Shown: piece by piece, positions 19,958 through 31,189 of the stretch
How positions within the stretch are numbered: position 1 is the stretch's first letter
How the letters are laid out: each line of letters opens with the position of its first letter
Source of the DNA: Methanotrichaceae archaeon
GTDB lineage: Archaea > Halobacteriota > Methanosarcinia > Methanotrichales > Methanotrichaceae
Length of the DNA: 64,000 bases
Reading direction: 5' to 3'
NCBI GenBank assembly: GCA_963748825.1
Contig: CAVVKN010000021.1
Coordinates: 1-64,000, forward strand
Program-made: the position numbers and the translations under genes
Notes under the pieces: generated by a model
Database searches by the model: none
The model's input: only the letters and a program-made list of their open reading frames with translations
What the model was told of the DNA's origin: nothing

Positions 19958-20181
19958 TACACCTCTACGTTGCGCATTTTTGACTGGCGCATCTCTCTAG
20001 AGGCAGCTTCAATTCTATCTGCCAGCTCGTCATCTCTGCCAATTTCGTCCAGGATCTCGGAGAGCTTTCTCTTAGCGGGGAAATTGTGGAGGATGGCCTC
20101 GGAGAAGCTCTGGTTCTCGCCTTTTCGACTCTTCAGGCGCTCGTATGCCTCTTCGGTTATGGTGATGGTCTTGGTGGACAT
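19957..20181 (-). CDS. vapB: VapB-family antitoxin
   Basis: [31 protein letters not shown]; translationally coupled to vapC. Confidence 0.88.
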   Translation of the reverse strand: MSTKTITITEEAYERLKSRKGENQSFSEAILHNFPAKRKLSEILDEIGRDDELADRIEAASREMRQSKMRNVEV

Positions 20182-20347
20182 TAGCAATGTACGTGTATTT
20201 ACTTGTATATCCCTTTTCCCTGCGTGGTGGTGCCAATACAGCGGTTCTGAAGGTCTATGCTGGAACTGCAATTAGTGAGTCGTCTCATGCTTGCATAATT
20301 GCAGAAGGCTTATTATCTAATAAATCATTTGTCAATTGAGGATTCAG

Positions 20348-20551
20348 ATGAGGCTAAAGGTTCTGATCAGTGAAGGAGAAGATGGATGGCTTGTCGTGGA
20401 ATGTCCGTCTATTCCTGGCTGCATCTCCCAGGGAAAGACCCTGGAAGAAGCCCTTGACAATATCAAAGAGGCCATAGAAGGCTGTATGGAAGTGATGGAA
20501 GAAAGGGTCAAGGCAATTAGTGGCAAGCAAATGATGGAAGTAGTCGTCTGA
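20348..20551 (+). CDS. hicB: HicB antitoxin
   Basis: EDGWLVVECPSIPGCISQGKTLEEALDNIKEAI. Confidence 0.92.
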   Translation: MRLKVLISEGEDGWLVVECPSIPGCISQGKTLEEALDNIKEAIEGCMEVMEERVKAISGKQMMEVVV

Positions 20552-20772
20552 TGTCCAGACTGCCGAACATATCAGGAAGGGAAGCAGTCAAGGCCTTCAG
20601 CAAAGCTGGATGGATTATTTCCAGACAAAAAAGCAGCCATATGATTATGACTAAATCGGACTCGATTGTTATCCTTTCCGTCCCGCTTCATGATGATCTG
20701 GATAGAGGAACACTGAGAGGACTAATCGGGCTGGCTGGATTGACCGTCGAAGAGTTCGTAGAGCTTTTGTGA
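20551..20772 (+). CDS. hicA: HicA toxin
   Basis: SGREAVKAFSKAGW...RQKSSH...VPLH..L.RGTL. Confidence 0.9.
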   Translation: MSRLPNISGREAVKAFSKAGWIISRQKSSHMIMTKSDSIVILSVPLHDDLDRGTLRGLIGLAGLTVEEFVELL

Positions 20773-20891
20773 GCGATCTCTCAACCACACGGACCCAGTT
20801 GCACGTTTTAGCTCATGACTCTCGGAGTGCGGCTATTGCTGGCGGCCTGAATATGCCCAATTTCTGGCCGTCCCGGTTGTGGGCTTTCTTG

Positions 20892-21188
20892 GCAGATGCA
20901 GCTGGCCTGCTGATCAAGACCATTCGGGAGCTGTCCCGGCTGGAGTGGCTGAAGGTGACCTGTCCCAAATGCGGGGAGGAGATGACCCAGTATCTCACGC
21001 CCCAGGAGGATGTGGAGGAGGCGCTGGCGAAGGGCACTTTTTTGGAGACGATCTGCAGCTACTGCCAGAACAGGATCCGGCTGGATGCGAGGACGTTTGA
21101 GCCGAGGATTTGATGAAGAATAATCCTTCCCGAGCAGATGAACTCAGGGAGAGACGGCCTTTAACCCCGGAACGCGCCGAAAATGGCC
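20892..21188 (+). pseudogene. duplicate of the TIR gene 3' end plus the vapC 3' end
   Basis: aligns with 19316-19608; GLLIKTIRELSRLEWLKVTCPKCGEEM repeated. Confidence 0.9.
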
Positions 21189-21219
21189 ATATTCGAGACA
21201 ATTGCAAAGAGAGGAAGAG

Positions 21220-21468
21220 ATGAATTCAATGACTTTTGAACAATGCCCGGTCTGCGGCGGCGATCTGGTTGAAAAAGAAGTCGAGAAGATCCTGCGTGGT
21301 GGTGCCAATACCGCGGTTCTGAAGGTCTGCGCTGAGGTCTGCCTGCGTTGCGGAGAGAGGTTGTACTCGCTGGAGATTGTGAGGAGATTCGAGCAGATCA
21401 GGGCCAAGCTGGAGCGCCAGGAAACTGAGGAGTTCAGGGCGATCGGAGTCTCATACCAGGTGGCGTAG
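21220..21468 (+). CDS. YgiT/MqsA-type zinc-finger protein (orphan antitoxin-like)
   Basis: CPVCGG...KV.AEVCLRCGERLYS. Confidence 0.85.
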   Translation: MNSMTFEQCPVCGGDLVEKEVEKILRGGANTAVLKVCAEVCLRCGERLYSLEIVRRFEQIRAKLERQETEEFRAIGVSYQVA

Positions 21469-21545
21469 TTTCGGAGAACGATCGTGAACCTTATTAGCTA
21501 TCCTGAAATGTTGCTTCTGGAATCTTCACTGGAGGAGGCAAGACC

Positions 21546-24500
21546 ATGGGCCAAGAGCCAACCATCACATTATCCATAAAAGAATCAGGAGTGCGTCCCA
21601 ACACCACTTATCTCTTTCATGTCATGCTCGATGGAAACAGCTCTCACCAGCAACCAAAGCCTTTCACTGCCGGAGTCCCAGGCAGTGCGTGAGATCTCCC
21701 GCAGCTTCAGCTCCCTTTTCGAGCAGGGCGGCAGGCCCGAAAAAGATGTTGACGCCCAGCAAGCCCTGGGAAAGCAGCTCTTTGATCTCTGGCTGGCTTC
21801 GTCCTGGGAAAAGATCGAGGCCGCGGTTCCTGTGGGCTCTCTGCGATTCTTGGTCATCGCCTCGGAGATCCCTGAGATCCTTAACCTCCCCTGGGAACTC
21901 CTGCTTCCACCTGACAGTGACTTCCTCGGCATTAATCCCCTTTTCCGAATCCGCCGCTTTCCCTCCTCCGCCAAGCAGATGGCCCCCTTCACAGGAGAGC
22001 TACGGCCCAGGCCCCTGCGTCTGCTCTTTATGGCTTGCTCTCCCTCGGATCAGCCGACTCTGGACTACGAAAGGGAAGAGGAAGCATTATTTCGGGCCAT
22101 TTACGGTCAGGACGTAGCCTTTGATTCTTGCGATCTGGGCACCTTTGAGGAGCTAAAGGAGAAAGTGAGCGAGTTCAAACCTCATATCGTCCACCTGACC
22201 GGCCACGGCGCTGTTCTGAAGGGCCAGGGCCGCTTTGCCTTTGAGAAAGAAGACGGTACTGCCGATCTCGTTCCTTCGGAAGATCTGCGCCGGTTCCTGG
22301 CTGGCTCAGGCGTGCAGTGCGTCTTTGTGAGCGGCTGCCAGTCGGGCAAGGCGCCCTTGCAGTCTTTGAGCGGCATCTGCCAGGCCCTTGTGGGCGCCGA
22401 GGTGCCTCTGGCCGTGGGCTGGGCTGCTTCCATCGCCGACGACCTGGCCACCAACTTCGCCCGGACATTTTACAGAACGCTCAAAGACGGCCAGCCGGTA
22501 GACCGGTCTCTTCTCCTGGCTCGTCAAGAGGCCTGGAAGGCCTGCCAGGAGCGCGGCGACCCATCCTGGACCTTGCCCGTTCTTTATTCTGCCACAATCC
22601 AGATGCATGATCTTCGATCCCAACAAGACACCCGAAGTCTTGACTCGGCAAAACATGGTTCTGGATGCCCTGCCCGGCATGAAGGAGGGCTACGCCGAGC
22701 ACTTTGTTGGTCGCAGGCGCGAGCAGCAGCGGCTTCTTCCCGCTCTGCGAAGTGGTGATCTGCAGGTCTTGATCATCACCGGCTTGGGAGGCAGCGGCAA
22801 GAGCACTCTGGCCACCAGACTGGCTCGCAAGCTGGAAACCAGCGGTTTCATCCCTATCCCTGTCGCCAGCTCCATAGAGAATCCTTTGAACTCGGCTCGT
22901 CTCCTGCAGGCCTTTGGTGATGCCTTCCGGAATGCGGCAAGAAAGCATAAAGCTCGGGGAAATACGCAAAAGGCCGATGAGCTTGCAGCCCTGGCTGAGG
23001 ATCTGAATAATCCCAAGATCTCGGTGGAAAGCAGACTGCATGACGCAGTGCCGCTCTGAATGAAGGACAGCTTCCTCCTGCTGCTCGACAACTTCGAGTC
23101 TAACCTGGACGAGGCCGACCTGCACATCCTGGACTCGGAGATATCCGGCTTTTATCAGATATCTTCTCGAAAGCCTTGTCCGGAGGCTCTCGTGCCATCA
23201 TTACCACCCGCTATCCACCCTCTGATGTGTCAGTCCTTCCGCCCAAGGTCCGTCGGGAGGATCTGAGCGACTTCCCCGAATCCTCTTTCCTAAAGATCCT
23301 GCAGCGTGACCCTGAGGTGGAGCGGCGCAGCCGGTCTGGCGAGCTTCCCATGGCGCTCTTGAGGGAGCTGTACAAGAAGTTCGGCGGGACGCCTCGCTTC
23401 CTCCTCCAGATCCGTGAGGCCATCAAGGAAATGGATGCCGAATTATTGAAAGCGGAGCTGGCCAAGGTGGAGCTGCCCGCTGGCACAGAGCCGGGCGAGC
23501 TTCAGAAATTGCGGGACAAATACTTTGGAGACATCTTCACCGAGCGGCTTTACGGCTACCTCAGTCCCGAGTCGCAAAAGGCTCTCTGTCGGTCGGCAGT
23601 TTATGGTGTCCCTGTGACCCTGGAGGGCCTGGCAGCCGTCGCCGGGGAGCCTCTGGACAGAGTGCAGGCATTCGCCCAAAGCTGGCAGGATCGGGCCTTT
23701 GCCTACCAGGAGAATGGAAAATCTAAGGAACCTCTTTGGATTGTCTATGGTCTGCTGCGGGGCTGGCTCTGGCCAAGCTCTCTCACTGAAGAGCAAAAGG
23801 ATGCCCACAAGGCAGCAGGCGATTTCCTGGTCGAGATGGAACTCGGCAGAAACCGAGTGAGCGAGCTTGGATCTATCCTGGGTGGACTGTTTGATGGAAG
23901 CGCGGTCCCAGTATCTTGCAGGCGAAGGAGCTTGAACACGCCAGAAGTGTGACGGATCGTCTGTCAGGCTTCCTTGTGAGAAGCGGATTTTATGATGGCT
24001 GTTGAGGCAGCTCAATTTTGAGTTGCTGAATTATGAGAATGCATCCCGTCTCCGATGAACTGGATAGCGTAGAACCTACATAGATCAAGGGGAGTATGAT
24101 TCTGCCCGAATTTGGTATCAACGCGCATCGATGCTTCGTGGGCTTCGAATCAAGAAGAAGATGCGGCAGATCGCCTTGACATGGTCTAGGCCATATCGAC
24201 CTGTCGATCAAGGGCGAGAACGAAGCGGCGCGCGAGAAGTTCGAGAAGGCCATGAAAATCAGACAGCAGATCGGGGATCAGGACGGAGAAGCTGCGACCT
24301 GGCATGCTCTGGCCTCGATCGACCTGCAAGAAGGGCGACTACGAAGCGGCGCGGGAAAGCTTCTGAGAAGGCCATGAAAATCAAGCGGCAGATCGGAGAC
24401 CGGGCGGGCGAAGCTGCGACCTGGCATCAACTGGCCACGATCGACTTCGAACAAGGCGACTACAAGCGGCGCAGAGAGAAGTTCGAGAAGGCCATGGAGA

Positions 24501-24920
24501 TCAGGCAGCAGATCGGGGACCGGAGCTGGCGAAGCTGCGACCTGGCATGATCTGGCCTCGATCGACCTGAACAAGGGCGACTACGAAGCGGCGCGGGAGA
24601 ATTCGAGAAGGCCATGAAAATCAGGCAGCAGATCGGCGACAGGGCAGGCGAGGCTGCGACATTCTACCAGCTTGGCATTACTGGCTGGAAGTCAGGGCAG
24701 AGCTCAGGAGGGTTTGAGTTGGTGGCCCTTGGCTACTTGATGCTTGCTTCTATTGGCCACGCAGATGCCAAGAAGTGATTTTAAGAGTCTCTCAATGTAT
24801 CGCTTCTCGAACTAAAATATTCACAAGAGCAGTTTGATGCACTTATTGTGGAAGTAGCCGAATGCTTATCAGAAGGACCGTGGCCACGGACTGATCGAGG
24901 CAGCCTTCCCCAAAGCCTGA
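21546..24920 (+). pseudogene. CHAT (caspase-like) protease - STAND P-loop NTPase - TPR protein, multiply frameshifted
   Basis: LPWELL, HLTGHG and FVSGC catalytic dyad; FVGR, GLGGSGKS Walker A, LLLLDNFE Walker B; TPR units; spread over 8 or more reading-frame segments. Confidence 0.8.
24190..24680 (+). repeat. ~120-bp tandem repeats encoding TPR units
   Basis: gagaaggccatg(a/g)a(a/g)atca...cagatcgg recurs near 24244, 24366, 24485 and 24604. Confidence 0.85.
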
Positions 24921-25001
24921 TCCTGATCTCACTGCTGCTCTGATCATAATGCTCCTCTCATCGCTTCCAGCACGGTCCTCTTCATTCTCCCTCTCCAAAC
25001 C

Positions 25002-25009
25002 TTTTTATA
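25002..25009 (+). promoter_or_regulatory. putative TATA box for the SPOUT/ribosomal protein operon
   Basis: tttttata ~30 bp upstream of ATG 25040. Confidence 0.45.
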
Positions 25010-25039
25010 CCTCCTCTCTCTTCAGAGTAGGGAAACCTG

Positions 25040-25885
25040 ATGACCGGACAGCGCGAGAGAGCCATCCTTATCCCGTCCTCTCTCAACATGGAGAGTAGGG
25101 ATCGGCGTGAGAGCACGCTCAAAGTTGGCCAAATCGCCCGGGCAGCAGCAGTCTTCCAATACAACCGCATCGTGATCTATCGCGATCCAGAGCACAATGA
25201 CTCGCGGTTCATGGCCATGGTGCTGCGCTACATGGATACACCGCAGTACCTGCGACGTATGCTCATCCCGCGCCGGGAGGAGCTACGCCATGTCGGAATG
25301 CTGCCGCCGCTACGTACGGCTCATCATCCAATAAACTCAAAATCAGAATCGCTCAAGATTGGCGAGTTTCGCGTCGGAGCAGTCGTTGAAAGCGTCGGAT
25401 CTGATAGCGGCGTCTGGGTGGAAATCGGAATCAATCGCCCTATTCCCCTTCGTACCGGTGATAGTTACTCGGTGGGGCAGCGCCTAAATGTCAGAATCTT
25501 TTCGCATGAACCGCTCGCCGCTGAGCCTGTGGACCCGAAGGATATCCCTCATTACTGGGGGTACGAGACCGAGATAGTGGAGAGCCTAGAAGGCTACCTG
25601 GCTGCAAAGCATGAGCAAGGTGCCTATGTGGTCCTTACTTCGCGGTACGGAAAAGGCCTGACGCCTGAAATCCTCTCAAACATGGGACACATAGGCCAAA
25701 AGCGCGACCTTGCGGTGGTGTTCGGTTCACCGGCACGAGGCGTAGACGCATTCTTGAGTAAGGAATCAATGGACAGATATGAAATGATCAACACCATCCC
25801 GCATCAAGGAACTGAGACGGTTCGCGTGGAAGAGGCTGTCTTTGCCACTTTAGCCCTGCTCAACCTTGTGCGTTTGGAGGACTAA
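25040..25885 (+). CDS. SPOUT-class RNA methyltransferase (DUF171 family)
   Basis: GQIARAAAVF, TPQYLR, VVFGSP..G, NTIPHQGTETVRVEEA; conserved upstream of rpl3. Confidence 0.88.
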   Translation: MTGQRERAILIPSSLNMESRDRRESTLKVGQIARAAAVFQYNRIVIYRDPEHNDSRFMAMVLRYMDTPQYLRRMLIPRREELRHVGMLPPLRTAHHPINSKSESLKIGEFRVGAVVESVGSDSGVWVEIGINRPIPLRTGDSYSVGQRLNVRIFSHEPLAAEPVDPKDIPHYWGYETEIVESLEGYLAAKHEQGAYVVLTSRYGKGLTPEILSNMGHIGQKRDLAVVFGSPARGVDAFLSKESMDRYEMINTIPHQGTETVRVEEAVFATLALLNLVRLED

Positions 25886-26891
25886 ATGGCAACAATACAC
25901 CGACCAAGACGAGGTTCGCTGGCCTACAGCCCAAGAAAGAGGGCCAAGAGCGAGGTCCCCAGAATAAGAAGCTGGCCCGAGGAGGACAAGGCCAGGATGG
26001 CAGGTTTTGCCGGTTACAAGGCCGGCATGACCCACATCATGATGATCGACGACCGACCGCAAGAGCCTCACCGAGGGCGTGGAGATCTCCATGCCCGTAA
26101 CAGTTCTGGAGGTGCCCCCCATGAATGTGGTGGCTGTGCGCGCCTACGAGAACTACAACGGCGGCCTTCGGCCGGCGGGCGAGGCCTGGTCTGAGAACCT
26201 GAGCCCCGATTTAGCTCGGGCTCTCACCGTTCCCAAGAAGACTCGCGGGACTTCAGCCGACGACCTGCGGGCTCTGGGCGACGATATCGTAGATGTTAGA
26301 GTAGTGGTGCACACCAATCCCATGCTCATAACCGGAATTCCCAAGAAGGTTCCAGAGCTCATGGAGATGCCCATCAACGGCGGCTCCATGCTGGATCGTC
26401 TCGCTTTTGCGCATAAGTTGCTGGGACAGCAGGTCCCCATCTCCAGCGTCTTTGAGCTGGGAGATCTAATGGATGCCTCCGCAGTCACCAAAGGCAAGGG
26501 CACCCAGGGTCCAGTGCGACGCTGGGGAATTGCCATGGCCAAGAGAAAGCACGCCCGAACCGGCAAATTGCGGCACGTGGGCAACCTCGGTCCCTGGCAT
26601 CCATCTCATATCAGCTGGCGCGTACCGCAGCTTGGCCAGATGGGCTACCACCAGAGGACGGAGTTCAATAAAAGACTCATGTTCATCGGAACCGACAGCG
26701 CACAAATAAATCCGAAAGGCGGATTTCCCGGCTATGGCCTAGTTAGAAATCAATATATCCTGATCAAGGGAAGCGTTCCCGGTCCCATCAAGAGGATGGT
26801 CAGAATAAGACACGCTATAAGACCCGGAAAGAACTTTGTAAAGGCGCCGGAGTTCCTCTACGTGAGCCAAGAGTCCAAGCAGGGGGTCTAG
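25886..26891 (+). CDS. rpl3: 50S ribosomal protein L3 (+1 frameshift near 26060)
   Basis: [42 protein letters not shown]; removing one base gives [12 protein letters not shown]. Confidence 0.93.
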
Positions 26892-26894
26892 GCG

Positions 26895-27668
26895 ATGAAG
26901 GCAAATATCATTGATCTATCAGGAAACGCAAGCGGCCAGATAGAGCTTCCTCTCGTCTTTGAGGAGGAATACCGGCCGGATATCATCAAGAGGGCCGTCT
27001 TAGCCGCACAGGCCAACAGGCTCCAGGCCTATGGACCTCACTTCTACGCGGGTATGAATACCTCTGCTCTATCCTGGGGTCCGGGACATGGCGTCTCCAG
27101 AGTTCCCAGATTGAAGAACGGCAGAAAGGCTGCAGGCGTTCCCATGGCCGTAGGCGGCCGCAGGTCCCACGCTCCCCAGCCCAATGCAGACTATACCGAA
27201 AAGGTCAACAAAAAGGAGAGGCGCAAAGCCATCCGCTCTGCGATCGCCGCTACGGCCTCATCGGGACTGGTCGAGGCAAGAGGCCACAGGTTTACGAGAG
27301 AGTTGCCTGTTGTGGCCAAGAACGACCTCGAATCCTTGAGCAAGACCACAGACGTCATCAAGTTCCTGGTGGCAGCTGGCCTTTGGGATGACGTTGAAAG
27401 GGCAAAGGACGGAAGACATATTCGTGCCGGCAAGGGCAAACTGCGGGGAAGAAAATATAAAAGCCGCAAGAGCGTGCTCATAGTCGCCGGAGACGATTTG
27501 GGACTAGGAAAAGCCGCACGAAATCTTCCCGGCGTGGACTTCGTCACCGTGGAGAGGCTGAACGCTGAGCTGCTTGCCCCCGGAACCAAAGCCGGAAGGC
27601 TGACCGTCTGGACTGAGTCTTCCCTGGAAAAGCTGGCTAAAAAGGGCAGAGCGGAGGCAGTACAATGA
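26895..27668 (+). CDS. rpl4: 50S ribosomal protein L4
   Basis: [28 protein letters not shown]. Confidence 0.97.
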   Translation: MKANIIDLSGNASGQIELPLVFEEEYRPDIIKRAVLAAQANRLQAYGPHFYAGMNTSALSWGPGHGVSRVPRLKNGRKAAGVPMAVGGRRSHAPQPNADYTEKVNKKERRKAIRSAIAATASSGLVEARGHRFTRELPVVAKNDLESLSKTTDVIKFLVAAGLWDDVERAKDGRHIRAGKGKLRGRKYKSRKSVLIVAGDDLGLGKAARNLPGVDFVTVERLNAELLAPGTKAGRLTVWTESSLEKLAKKGRAEAVQ

Positions 27669-27913
27669 TTATCAAGAGTCCCTACGTCACAGAAAAGGTC
27701 ACCGGCATGATTGACGCCAATGATACCATTGAGTTTCTGGTGAACATGAAATCCACCAAGCCGGAGATCAAAAAGGCCCTGGAAGAGCTTTATGATATAG
27801 ATGTCCTGGCAGTCAGGACCATGATAACCTCCCAGGGAGAAAAGAAGGCCATCGTGAAGCTGGCGAAAGAGGGCAGTGCGAACGAGCTTGCCACAAGGCT
27901 AGGACTACTGTAG
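27665..27913 (+). CDS. rpl23: 50S ribosomal protein L23
   Basis: PYVTEK, KPEIKKA, KKAIVKL; operon position. Confidence 0.95.
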   Translation: MIIKSPYVTEKVTGMIDANDTIEFLVNMKSTKPEIKKALEELYDIDVLAVRTMITSQGEKKAIVKLAKEGSANELATRLGLL

Positions 27914-27924
27914 GTGGGTAAAAT

Positions 27925-28638
27925 ATGGGACATCGAATCATATCTCAGAATAGAGGTGCAGGTGGTCCTACGTACAGGGCACCCTCTCACAGGTACAGGG
28001 CGGACATCAAGCACATAAAGGTCGATAGCGATGAGACCATAACTGGCGTGGTCCAGGAAATAATGCGTGATCCCGCTAGAACGGCTCCTGTTGCGCTCAT
28101 GGCCTTGAGCAACGGTGAGATGAGATACATCCTGGTTCCCGAGGGCATGTATGTGGGCCAGGAAGTCTCATGCGGTATATCGGCCCCCATAGAGCCGGGA
28201 AACACTCTGCATCTGGCAGAGATTCCCGAGGGCATACCAATCTGTAACGTTGAATCGCAGCCGGGTCACGGCGGCCAGTTTGCCCGAGCTTCAGGAGTTT
28301 GCGCCATTCTCGTAGCTCATGATGCAGGCCAAACAGTCGTCCAGTTGCCCAGCGGTGAGATGAAGTGGCTTTCCCCGAAATGCATGGCGACCATAGGGGT
28401 CGTTGCCGGAGGAGGCCGTCTGGACAAGCCTCTGGTCAAAGCAGGCAAGAGCTTCTTTAAGTTCCAGTCCAAGGCCAAGAAATGGCCCATCGTCAGAGGC
28501 GTTGCAATGAACGCCGTAGACCACCCCTTCGGTGGCGGCGGACGTCAGCATCCAGGGCGGCCAAAGACAGTTAGCAGGAATGCGCCCCCTGGCCGAAAGG
28601 TAGGTTCAATTGCCGCAAGGAAGACCGGTAAGCGCTAG
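27925..28638 (+). CDS. rpl2: 50S ribosomal protein L2
   Basis: VRGVAMNAVDHPFGGG. Confidence 0.97.
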   Translation: MGHRIISQNRGAGGPTYRAPSHRYRADIKHIKVDSDETITGVVQEIMRDPARTAPVALMALSNGEMRYILVPEGMYVGQEVSCGISAPIEPGNTLHLAEIPEGIPICNVESQPGHGGQFARASGVCAILVAHDAGQTVVQLPSGEMKWLSPKCMATIGVVAGGGRLDKPLVKAGKSFFKFQSKAKKWPIVRGVAMNAVDHPFGGGGRQHPGRPKTVSRNAPPGRKVGSIAARKTGKR

Positions 28639-28648
28639 GTGATAGGTT

Positions 28649-29059
28649 TTGGCTAAAAAAGCAGGGTCCAAGCTTCCTAAGAGAAAGGAAGAATTCTTGT
28701 ATCGGGGCCGGAAGGTTGCCGACCTCGCCAAGTTGAGTATAGAGGAGCTTGCCGGGCTCTTACCAGCGCGGCAACGCAGATCGATCAAAAGAGGCCTTGT
28801 CAAGGAGAACAAGAATCTCCTGGCAAGCCTGAAGAACAAGGACTCGGTTCGAACCCACATCAGGAATATGATAGTTATGCCTGATATGGTGGGCAAGAAT
28901 CTCGAGATCTACAACGGCAAGAGCTTCGAAAAGGTAGAGGTCATGCCCGAGATGATCGGGCACTTCTTCGGTGAGTTCGCGCTCACGCGCGGTCGCGTGC
29001 AGCACGGTGCCGCAGGCGTGGGCGCTACCAGATCAAGCAAGTATGTGCCGCTGAAGTGA
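28649..29059 (+). CDS. rps19: 30S ribosomal protein S19
   Basis: RTHIRNM, YNGK, MIGHFFGEF. Confidence 0.97.
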   Translation: MAKKAGSKLPKRKEEFLYRGRKVADLAKLSIEELAGLLPARQRRSIKRGLVKENKNLLASLKNKDSVRTHIRNMIVMPDMVGKNLEIYNGKSFEKVEVMPEMIGHFFGEFALTRGRVQHGAAGVGATRSSKYVPLK

Positions 29060-29062
29060 GGT

Positions 29063-29530
29063 GTGAGATTGGGCAGATTGAATTATTCGCTTACGCCTGC
29101 AGGACGCTCTTCAAGGGCCATGGGGATGGAGCTTCACATCTCACCTAAGCACGCCCACGAGATCTGCAGGACACTGAAGGGCATGAGGGCAAGTCTAGCT
29201 CGTGCCTATCTGGAAGATGTAATAGCCTTGAAGAGGGCTATTCCCTTCAAACGCTACAGAAGAAATGTAGCCCACAGGCATGGAGTAGTAGGATGGGATG
29301 CCGGCAGATTTCCTGAAAAGGCCGCCAAGGCAGTCTTGATCGTACTGGATAACGCACTTGCCAATGCCGAGTACAAGGGAATGGAGTCCGAGAAGATGAG
29401 GATCTTCCATGCCGGTACAAAGAAGGGCAGAACCATCCAGGGATGGATGCCTCGCGCTATGGGAAGAGCCACCCCCAAGAACACAGAGACGGTCTCTGTG
29501 GAGATGGTCCTCACTGAGGTGAAGAGCTGA
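29063..29530 (+). CDS. rpl22: 50S ribosomal protein L22
   Basis: [20 protein letters not shown]. Confidence 0.96.
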   Translation: MRLGRLNYSLTPAGRSSRAMGMELHISPKHAHEICRTLKGMRASLARAYLEDVIALKRAIPFKRYRRNVAHRHGVVGWDAGRFPEKAAKAVLIVLDNALANAEYKGMESEKMRIFHAGTKKGRTIQGWMPRAMGRATPKNTETVSVEMVLTEVKS

Positions 29531-30345
29531 TGTCCGTAGAAAAGAAGTTCGTGGCAGAGGGCCTCTCCAAAGCTCTCGTCAATGAGTATCTGGCGGAAGA
29601 GCTGGAGCGCGCAGGATATGGCGGCATGGTCATGAACCGCACTCCTATGGGCACCCAGATCACGGTCTATGCAGAAAAGCCGGGCATGGTCATAGGAAAA
29701 GGCGGCAAGTTGATCAGGAAGATCACTCGCGACCTGGATCGCAAATTCCATCTGGACAATCCCCAGATTGATGTGCAGGATGTGGGCCGCGGCGACTTGA
29801 ACGGTAGAGTTGTGGCCAATCGTCTCGCGTCCTCTCTGGAGCGCGGCTGGTACTTCCGAAAGGCAGGCCAGTCCATGATGAGAAGAGTGATGGATGCGGG
29901 CGCTTTAGGCTGCGAGATTGTGATCAGCGGCAAGCTGACGGGCCCACGCTCTCGAACCGAGAAATTCATCTCCGGATACATCAAGCACTCTGGAAAGCCG
30001 GCCATCGATCTCGTGGATAAAGGCTACTCCGTAGCCGTAAAGAAGCTGGGTGTCATTGGCTGCCAGGTCAGAATCATACCGCCCGACGTGCGGCTTCCCG
30101 ACGACTTCCGGATTGAAAAGCCGCCGGTCGCAACCCCGGTCGTGGAAACGAAACCCGTGGCTAAGCCGCCTGTGGCTGCACCAGGCTCCTCCGAGACGAA
30201 GAGCGATCTGGATCAGCTCTTAGAGTCTGAGCCCGTGGCTGCGCCCGCCCCCCTGGATGAGCCGGCAAGAGCCGAGGGCGTGGCAGAGGATGTTCCCCTC
30301 CCCGAAGAGAAGGCAGATATTGAGCCTTGCGCCAAGGAAGAGTGA
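29530..30345 (+). CDS. rps3: 30S ribosomal protein S3
   Basis: [20 protein letters not shown]; Pro/Glu-rich tail. Confidence 0.97.
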   Translation: MSVEKKFVAEGLSKALVNEYLAEELERAGYGGMVMNRTPMGTQITVYAEKPGMVIGKGGKLIRKITRDLDRKFHLDNPQIDVQDVGRGDLNGRVVANRLASSLERGWYFRKAGQSMMRRVMDAGALGCEIVISGKLTGPRSRTEKFISGYIKHSGKPAIDLVDKGYSVAVKKLGVIGCQVRIIPPDVRLPDDFRIEKPPVATPVVETKPVAKPPVAAPGSSETKSDLDQLLESEPVAAPAPLDEPARAEGVAEDVPLPEEKADIEPCAKEE

Positions 30346-30351
30346 TCCGAT

Positions 30352-30582
30352 ATGGCGATCTTTAAGATTGATGAGATTAGAAACATGAACGCGGAAGAGA
30401 TTGCTGAAGAGCTAAAGAAGCTCGAAAGCGAAATCATCCGAGAGAGAGGCATCGTTACTGCAGGTGGCGCCCCGGAAAAGCCTGGGAGAATCAGAGACAT
30501 CCGCAGAACGGTCGCCAGGATCAAGACGGTTCAAACTGAGCGAAGGGGATCAAGGCGATCCAAACGGAGCGAAGTCAAGTGA
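30352..30582 (+). CDS. rpl29: 50S ribosomal protein L29
   Basis: [16 protein letters not shown]. Confidence 0.95.
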   Translation: MAIFKIDEIRNMNAEEIAEELKKLESEIIRERGIVTAGGAPEKPGRIRDIRRTVARIKTVQTERRGSRRSKRSEVK

Positions 30583-30872
30583 ACCTGAATCCTGAAAATC
30601 TGGCAAGGCACGAGCTGATCGGCCTTGAGGTGCGAGTTGTTACAAGCAGCAACTCGAGCCAGATCGGGCTTTCAGGCCAAGTTGTGGACGAGACCAGGAA
30701 TACATTCCTTTTGGAGACGAAAGCCAAGGTTTTGCGCGTCGCCAAAAAGAATACGAACCTAATATTCACATTGCCCGATGAACAAAACGTGAGGGTCTAC
30801 GGCTCAATCTTGATCTCACAGCCAGAGAACAGAATAAGCAAGAGAATGCAGAGAACGAGGTGGAAGTTATGA
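30579..30872 (+). CDS. rnp1: ribonuclease P protein component 1 (Rpp29)
   Basis: [15 protein letters not shown]. Confidence 0.93.
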   Translation: MNLNPENLARHELIGLEVRVVTSSNSSQIGLSGQVVDETRNTFLLETKAKVLRVAKKNTNLIFTLPDEQNVRVYGSILISQPENRISKRMQRTRWKL

Positions 30873-31189
30873 GGGATATCGGACTGGACGTTAGCGCGCC
30901 GGAAAAGGAGTGCAATGATCCAAAATGTCCCTTCCATGGTACTCTCCCTGTACGCGGCCAGGTCTTCAGTTGCACCGTGGTCAGCGACAAGATGGACTGT
31001 ACTGTGGTAGTCATGCGTAAGTTCGAGAAGAAAGCAACGAAGTATGAACGATTCGAGAAGAGGCAGTCCAAAATCCATGCGCACAACCCCCCTTGCATTG
31101 ATGCCAAGGCAGGGGATCGTGTCAAGATAGCGGAGTGTAGGCCCCTTTCCAGGACCAAATCCTACGTAGTAGTGGAGGTCTTGAAATGA
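30869..31189 (+). CDS. rps17: 30S ribosomal protein S17
   Basis: [22 protein letters not shown]. Confidence 0.96.
   Translation: MRDIGLDVSAPEKECNDPKCPFHGTLPVRGQVFSCTVVSDKMDCTVVVMRKFEKKATKYERFEKRQSKIHAHNPPCIDAKAGDRVKIAECRPLSRTKSYVVVEVLK

Noticed and set aside
24190-24680. 120-bp tandem repeats as a DGR template or non-coding array
   Set aside because: They encode TPR units, differences are not adenine-specific and no reverse transcriptase is present.
26040-26080. Programmed frameshifting in rpl3 (and secY, helicase)
   Set aside because: No slippery sequence or stimulatory structure; scattered +1 insertions fit sequencing error better.
30115-30345. Pro/Ala/Glu-rich tail of S3 and the C-terminal extension of Pop5
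   Set aside because: Such extensions are common in Methanomicrobia/Halobacteria; not novel.
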